DNA from: Candidatus Poribacteria bacterium
Lineage (GTDB): Bacteria > Poribacteria > WGA-4E > WGA-3G
DNA: 64,000 nucleotides
Reading direction: 5' to 3'
Assembly (NCBI GenBank): GCA_965197475.1
Contig: CBDANF010000003.1
Coordinates: forward strand, 2,016,001 to 2,080,000
In this document: in pieces, positions 60,851 to 64,000 of the stretch
Layout of the letters: every line of letters begins with the position of its first letter
Numbering within the stretch: position 1 is the stretch's first letter
Notes under the pieces: model-generated
Database searches by the model: none
Told to the model about the DNA's origin: nothing
The model's input: the letters and a program-made list of their open reading frames with translations, nothing else
Position numbers and translations under genes: made by a program

Positions 60851-60881
60851 AATGCTCCTGTTGTAAGTCAACAGGAGCATT
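60851..60881 (+). terminator. Intrinsic terminator
   Basis: 13-bp stem AATGCTCCTGTTG-taagt-CAACAGGAGCATT followed by TCTGTTT. Confidence 0.75.
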
Positions 60882-60989
60882 TCTGTTTATAAGCGATAGA
60901 TTTGTAGAAAAACAGAGGTAGCTGTTAGAATCTATTTATTTTATGCTAATTTCACAATTTTCCACTAATTTCTTTTTTTTTAATTGTCC

Positions 60990-61018
60990 TTGACTTTCTT
61001 TGCAATTTATTTTATAAT
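60990..61018 (+). promoter_or_regulatory. Sigma-70-type promoter of the accessory block
   Basis: TTGACT-N17-TATAAT. Confidence 0.7.
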
Positions 61019-61210
61019 GCCAACAACGTCTGAAACGATAATATTAACATGGAGACCTTTTGTACATTATATTATGGTCTTATCGGTTTAGACATCAGGG
61101 TGTCCCAAACCTTTATTCAGCGTGTAGAAGGTCTACCGAAAAGGATAGGGAACCCGATGAAAAATACGATATGCTTTTGATGGCATATCACCTTATAGAA
61201 GAAGTATAAA

Positions 61211-62056
61211 ATGCAAAGATTGAAATCAATTGGCATTGCAGTGGCGATGTTGTGTTTGCTGTGCCTCATCGTGGGTGTCAATAGTAGTGATGCCGATATT
61301 GAGATTGTGGAACTAAGGTCTTATAATGACACCACCGTAGAATACGATTATGGAAGCACATATTTCACCTTTTATGTCCGAACAAATGAGCCTTATGGTG
61401 GTCTGCTCTGGTATGTTGATGGGGATTGGGAATGGGGCACTCTGGGTGATCGTAGTAGTCAGGATCATTATTTCGGACTTAACCTCCCCGGAAGCATTAA
61501 GGGAAACACTTATGAGATAGAAGTTTTTGCCGTTGGAATAGCTCCTAATGGTCATCTTGTCCTCCCAACAGATGACACAGATACGGCTACCTACGATTTC
61601 ACTGTGTTGAAACCGATAGTAATTAGCGGCTTCCAAACGCCTTCGTGGGAGAAACCAAGAGTCACCGGTGTCTTCGGATATAACGAACTTACCCGGCACT
61701 ATTTCGACGGAACGAATATCATCATGGAGGGATGGGTCTATGCTTATAACCAAACCGGTGAAGACTGTTCCGCCACTGCCTGGTTCCGGCATACTGGTCC
61801 CAACGGGTTCCAAGAGGAACATCCCGCACCGAGAGGTCTATTTGGCCCTAACCAGCCGAGCAGATCGTATGGTCCTTATAGGGCCAAACCGATGAGACTC
61901 AATTATTTCGTCGGCGGACCGATCGGAGAGAATAGACCGCATACGTTAAATGCGCATATCCATCTTCAAGTGACTGGTAACGGGGCGGTAGATGTCTGGC
62001 ACGGCATAAATGGTTTTGATACCACGTTTACGTCTGCAGACAATCCATCTCCATAA
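61211..62056 (+). CDS. Secreted hypothetical protein (beta-rich, possibly Ig-like)
   Basis: Signal peptide ending SSDA; aromatic and Gly-rich mature part with WYVDG; no recognised family. Confidence 0.75.
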   Translation: MQRLKSIGIAVAMLCLLCLIVGVNSSDADIEIVELRSYNDTTVEYDYGSTYFTFYVRTNEPYGGLLWYVDGDWEWGTLGDRSSQDHYFGLNLPGSIKGNTYEIEVFAVGIAPNGHLVLPTDDTDTATYDFTVLKPIVISGFQTPSWEKPRVTGVFGYNELTRHYFDGTNIIMEGWVYAYNQTGEDCSATAWFRHTGPNGFQEEHPAPRGLFGPNQPSRSYGPYRAKPMRLNYFVGGPIGENRPHTLNAHIHLQVTGNGAVDVWHGINGFDTTFTSADNPSP

Positions 62057-62062
62057 CCCATT

Positions 62063-62089
62063 GTAACGGCAGGGGACGCGGTCCCCTGC
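62063..62089 (+). repeat. Conserved post-gene hairpin, copy 1
   Basis: GTAACGGCAGGGGACGCGGTCCCCTGC. Confidence 0.75.
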
Positions 62090-62112
62090 AACCTCTTTTA
62101 AGGAGGATCCTC

Positions 62113-63156
62113 ATGCGTGGACAAAAAATTGTTTCGCTCTGTCTGCTGCTCTTGCTTTTGTCAACCTCGGCACACGCCAAAATCGTTTTTAGTTCTGTAC
62201 GCAACGGTGTAAAGGGTGTCTACGTGATGGACGATGATGGTAGCAACCAGACACTCCTCACAGAAGATAAAGAGTTACAACCATACCCCAGTTGCTGGTC
62301 TCCTGATGGTAAATGGATTGCGTTTAAGAGACGTGTCCGTAGGCATAAAAGGCCTGCCATTTTCTTGATGAATGCGGACGGCACGAACATCCGGCAACTC
62401 ACAGAAGACGATGGGAGTGATATCGGTAGAGTCTCATTTTCACCGGACGGTAAATCTATCGTTTTTAATAGGATAGTTCGGATAGACAACAGGGAGAAAT
62501 ACAGTATCACCGTGCTGAATATTGAGACGGGGAAAATGAAAGAAATCGCGAATATCAATGTTAGCTTCTGCGATTGGTCTCCGGATGGCAAGCATATTAT
62601 CTTTTCAAAGCCGCTGGAGGTTGCAGGCGGTGGAAACACAATCTGGATTATGAGCGCAGATGGACATAACCCACGCCCACTTGTCCCGGTACCACTGGAC
62701 GGGGGAGGAGTTATTCACAGATGGAAACAGAGATGGTCACCAGATGGTAAAAAGATTGTGTTTGCACAACGTGAGTATGCCTGGGAGAAAATACCCGGTG
62801 GAGGGACCGCGCTGATCGACAAGGCACATCGGTATATGATTTGCGATCGCAACGGAGAGAACCTTAGACGGCTACAGGTACCGAAAGAGTGGCGACCGCT
62901 CGGCATCGACTGGATGGATGACGGTAAATCCGTTGTTTTCAGTGCGTACGTCGGTATCCCTTTGAACGAACCGATACTGCATGGTTTTGTGTTCCCACCT
63001 GCAAATATCTATAAGTATCATATCAAAACAGGCGAGATTACGCAGTTAACAGACCATCCGGGCACAGATGGGGTACTGGATTGGATAAGCGATGATGTGT
63101 TATCTGTGACACCACACGGCAAAAAAAAAGTAACGTGGGGCGCGCTGAAAAAATAA
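62113..63156 (+). CDS. Secreted TolB-like (PD40/WD40-like) beta-propeller protein
   Basis: Signal peptide AHA, repeated WSPDGK, YVMDDDGSN, QLTDHPG; C-terminal VTPHGKKKVTWGALKK. Confidence 0.88.
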   Translation: MRGQKIVSLCLLLLLLSTSAHAKIVFSSVRNGVKGVYVMDDDGSNQTLLTEDKELQPYPSCWSPDGKWIAFKRRVRRHKRPAIFLMNADGTNIRQLTEDDGSDIGRVSFSPDGKSIVFNRIVRIDNREKYSITVLNIETGKMKEIANINVSFCDWSPDGKHIIFSKPLEVAGGGNTIWIMSADGHNPRPLVPVPLDGGGVIHRWKQRWSPDGKKIVFAQREYAWEKIPGGGTALIDKAHRYMICDRNGENLRRLQVPKEWRPLGIDWMDDGKSVVFSAYVGIPLNEPILHGFVFPPANIYKYHIKTGEITQLTDHPGTDGVLDWISDDVLSVTPHGKKKVTWGALKK

Positions 63157-63166
63157 AACGCTCCGA

Positions 63167-63192
63167 GTAACGGCAGGGACACGTTCCCCTGC
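63167..63192 (+). repeat. Conserved post-gene hairpin, copy 2
   Basis: GTAACGGCAGGGACACGTTCCCCTGC. Confidence 0.75.
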
Positions 63193-63609
63193 CATTTTTA
63201 CTTAAAAGTATGGCGGACTTTTTTTAATGAGAAGGTTTACGGTAGAGTCGTTATGACAAATAGCAACTCTGTCATTCCACTTGAGGGGGTTAAAATTTCC
63301 TATAGTGCGCTTAATTTAACAAAGCCGTGCACACCCGTTTTGACCAACTCAGCGGAGGAATTCCGTTTTGAACGTGATGTGCCCGTAGGGTACTATCTCA
63401 CGCTAACAGCAAAAATAGCAAATCATCGCGAGATGCGTAGATATGTGGGGGAAATAGATGACGTAAAATGGTTTCTTGGCAGGCGTTGGCTTGGATTGCC
63501 TATATCATCGGGCACCCCAAAATGCCTTGATTTTGTCGTCTGTTTCCCCTCTATATGCACTAATCGCTAATGACTTACCATTTTATTTTGTTTTTGGAGA
63601 AAAATAAAA

Positions 63610-64000
63610 ATGCGTCAAAAATTGAGGCAGATTATCTGTAAGAGTGTTTTTCTTCTGTGTGGCTTGATACCCTTGCTTGCCGGGGCAGAAGTTCAATATC
63701 TCGGACTTGTTCACGAACCCCACTTTTCACCTAACGGTAGACATAATGCTGTGATTGTGGAGGACAGGTATCCTGGAGGATCGGAATTCTCGCTCATGTT
63801 GTTGACAATGAGGAAAGATGGATTTACTCGGCTAAATTCATATTGTCTAACGCCACGGTATGATGAATTTGTGTTGACTCCCGAAAGAAATATTGCTTTT
63901 GTGGTATTTGACACGTCAAATCATTATAGGGTTCAAGTGTATAACCCAAAGGAAAGAAAGATGGTCCACACCTTAGAATATGAGAGGGTCAAGATAACAC
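63610..64000 (+). CDS. Secreted hypothetical protein (3'-truncated by window edge)
   Basis: GGAG RBS, ATG at 63610, MRQKLRQIICKSVFLLCGLIPLLAGA signal peptide, PHFSPNG propeller-like motif; frame is open to the end of the window. Confidence 0.7.
   Translation, partial: MRQKLRQIICKSVFLLCGLIPLLAGAEVQYLGLVHEPHFSPNGRHNAVIVEDRYPGGSEFSLMLLTMRKDGFTRLNSYCLTPRYDEFVLTPERNIAFVVFDTSNHYRVQVYNPKERKMVHTLEYERVKIT

Noticed and set aside
61313-61822. 169-aa minus-strand ORF
   Set aside because: Antisense shadow of the better-supported 61211-62056 gene.
62063-63192. Post-gene hairpins as integron attC sites or CRISPR repeats
   Set aside because: Too short, lacking paired RYYYAAC/GTTRRRY boxes, and spaced a whole gene apart; no intI or cas genes in view.
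63253-63570. 105-aa ORF between the secreted-protein genes
   Set aside because: No clear RBS, motif or signal peptide; cannot be supported as a gene.

Overview
AT-rich bacterial chromosomal window, most likely Candidatus Poribacteria. That assignment is an inference from LamG and TolB-like secreted proteins ending in a V-x-P-x-x-K-x-x-x-(T/R)-W-x-x-(I/L)-K tail, a PhyH dioxygenase and the overall gene content. It holds a liv-type ABC cluster, a near-complete dcw cluster on the minus strand (rsmH-ftsL-ftsI-murE-hydrolase-murF-ddl-mraY-murD-ftsW-murG-murC-ftsQ-ftsA-ftsZ), nadD-yacG-yqeK-rsfS, polX, ftsEX, topA, accD, a ubiD-family gene, polA, an RRM protein and the start of an accessory block of secreted proteins. 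Most notable: (1) a catalytic-domain-only tyrosine recombinase preceded by a 15-6-15 bp palindrome, near an apparent G/C skew reversal, which is a candidate non-canonical xer/dif module; (2) a consensus sigma-54 promoter pointing into the dcw cluster with an IS5-family element inserted just after it; (3) division and cell-wall proteins with altered catalytic motifs (FtsE Walker-B E>Q and H-loop H>A, MraY MGD>MGN and HHH>HYH, membrane-anchored MurF); (4) a shared C-terminal motif on unrelated secreted proteins; (5) several MITE-like elements carrying GTAG-type REP hairpins. Four apparent single-base deletions may be assembly errors. No rRNA, tRNA or CRISPR array was recognised.
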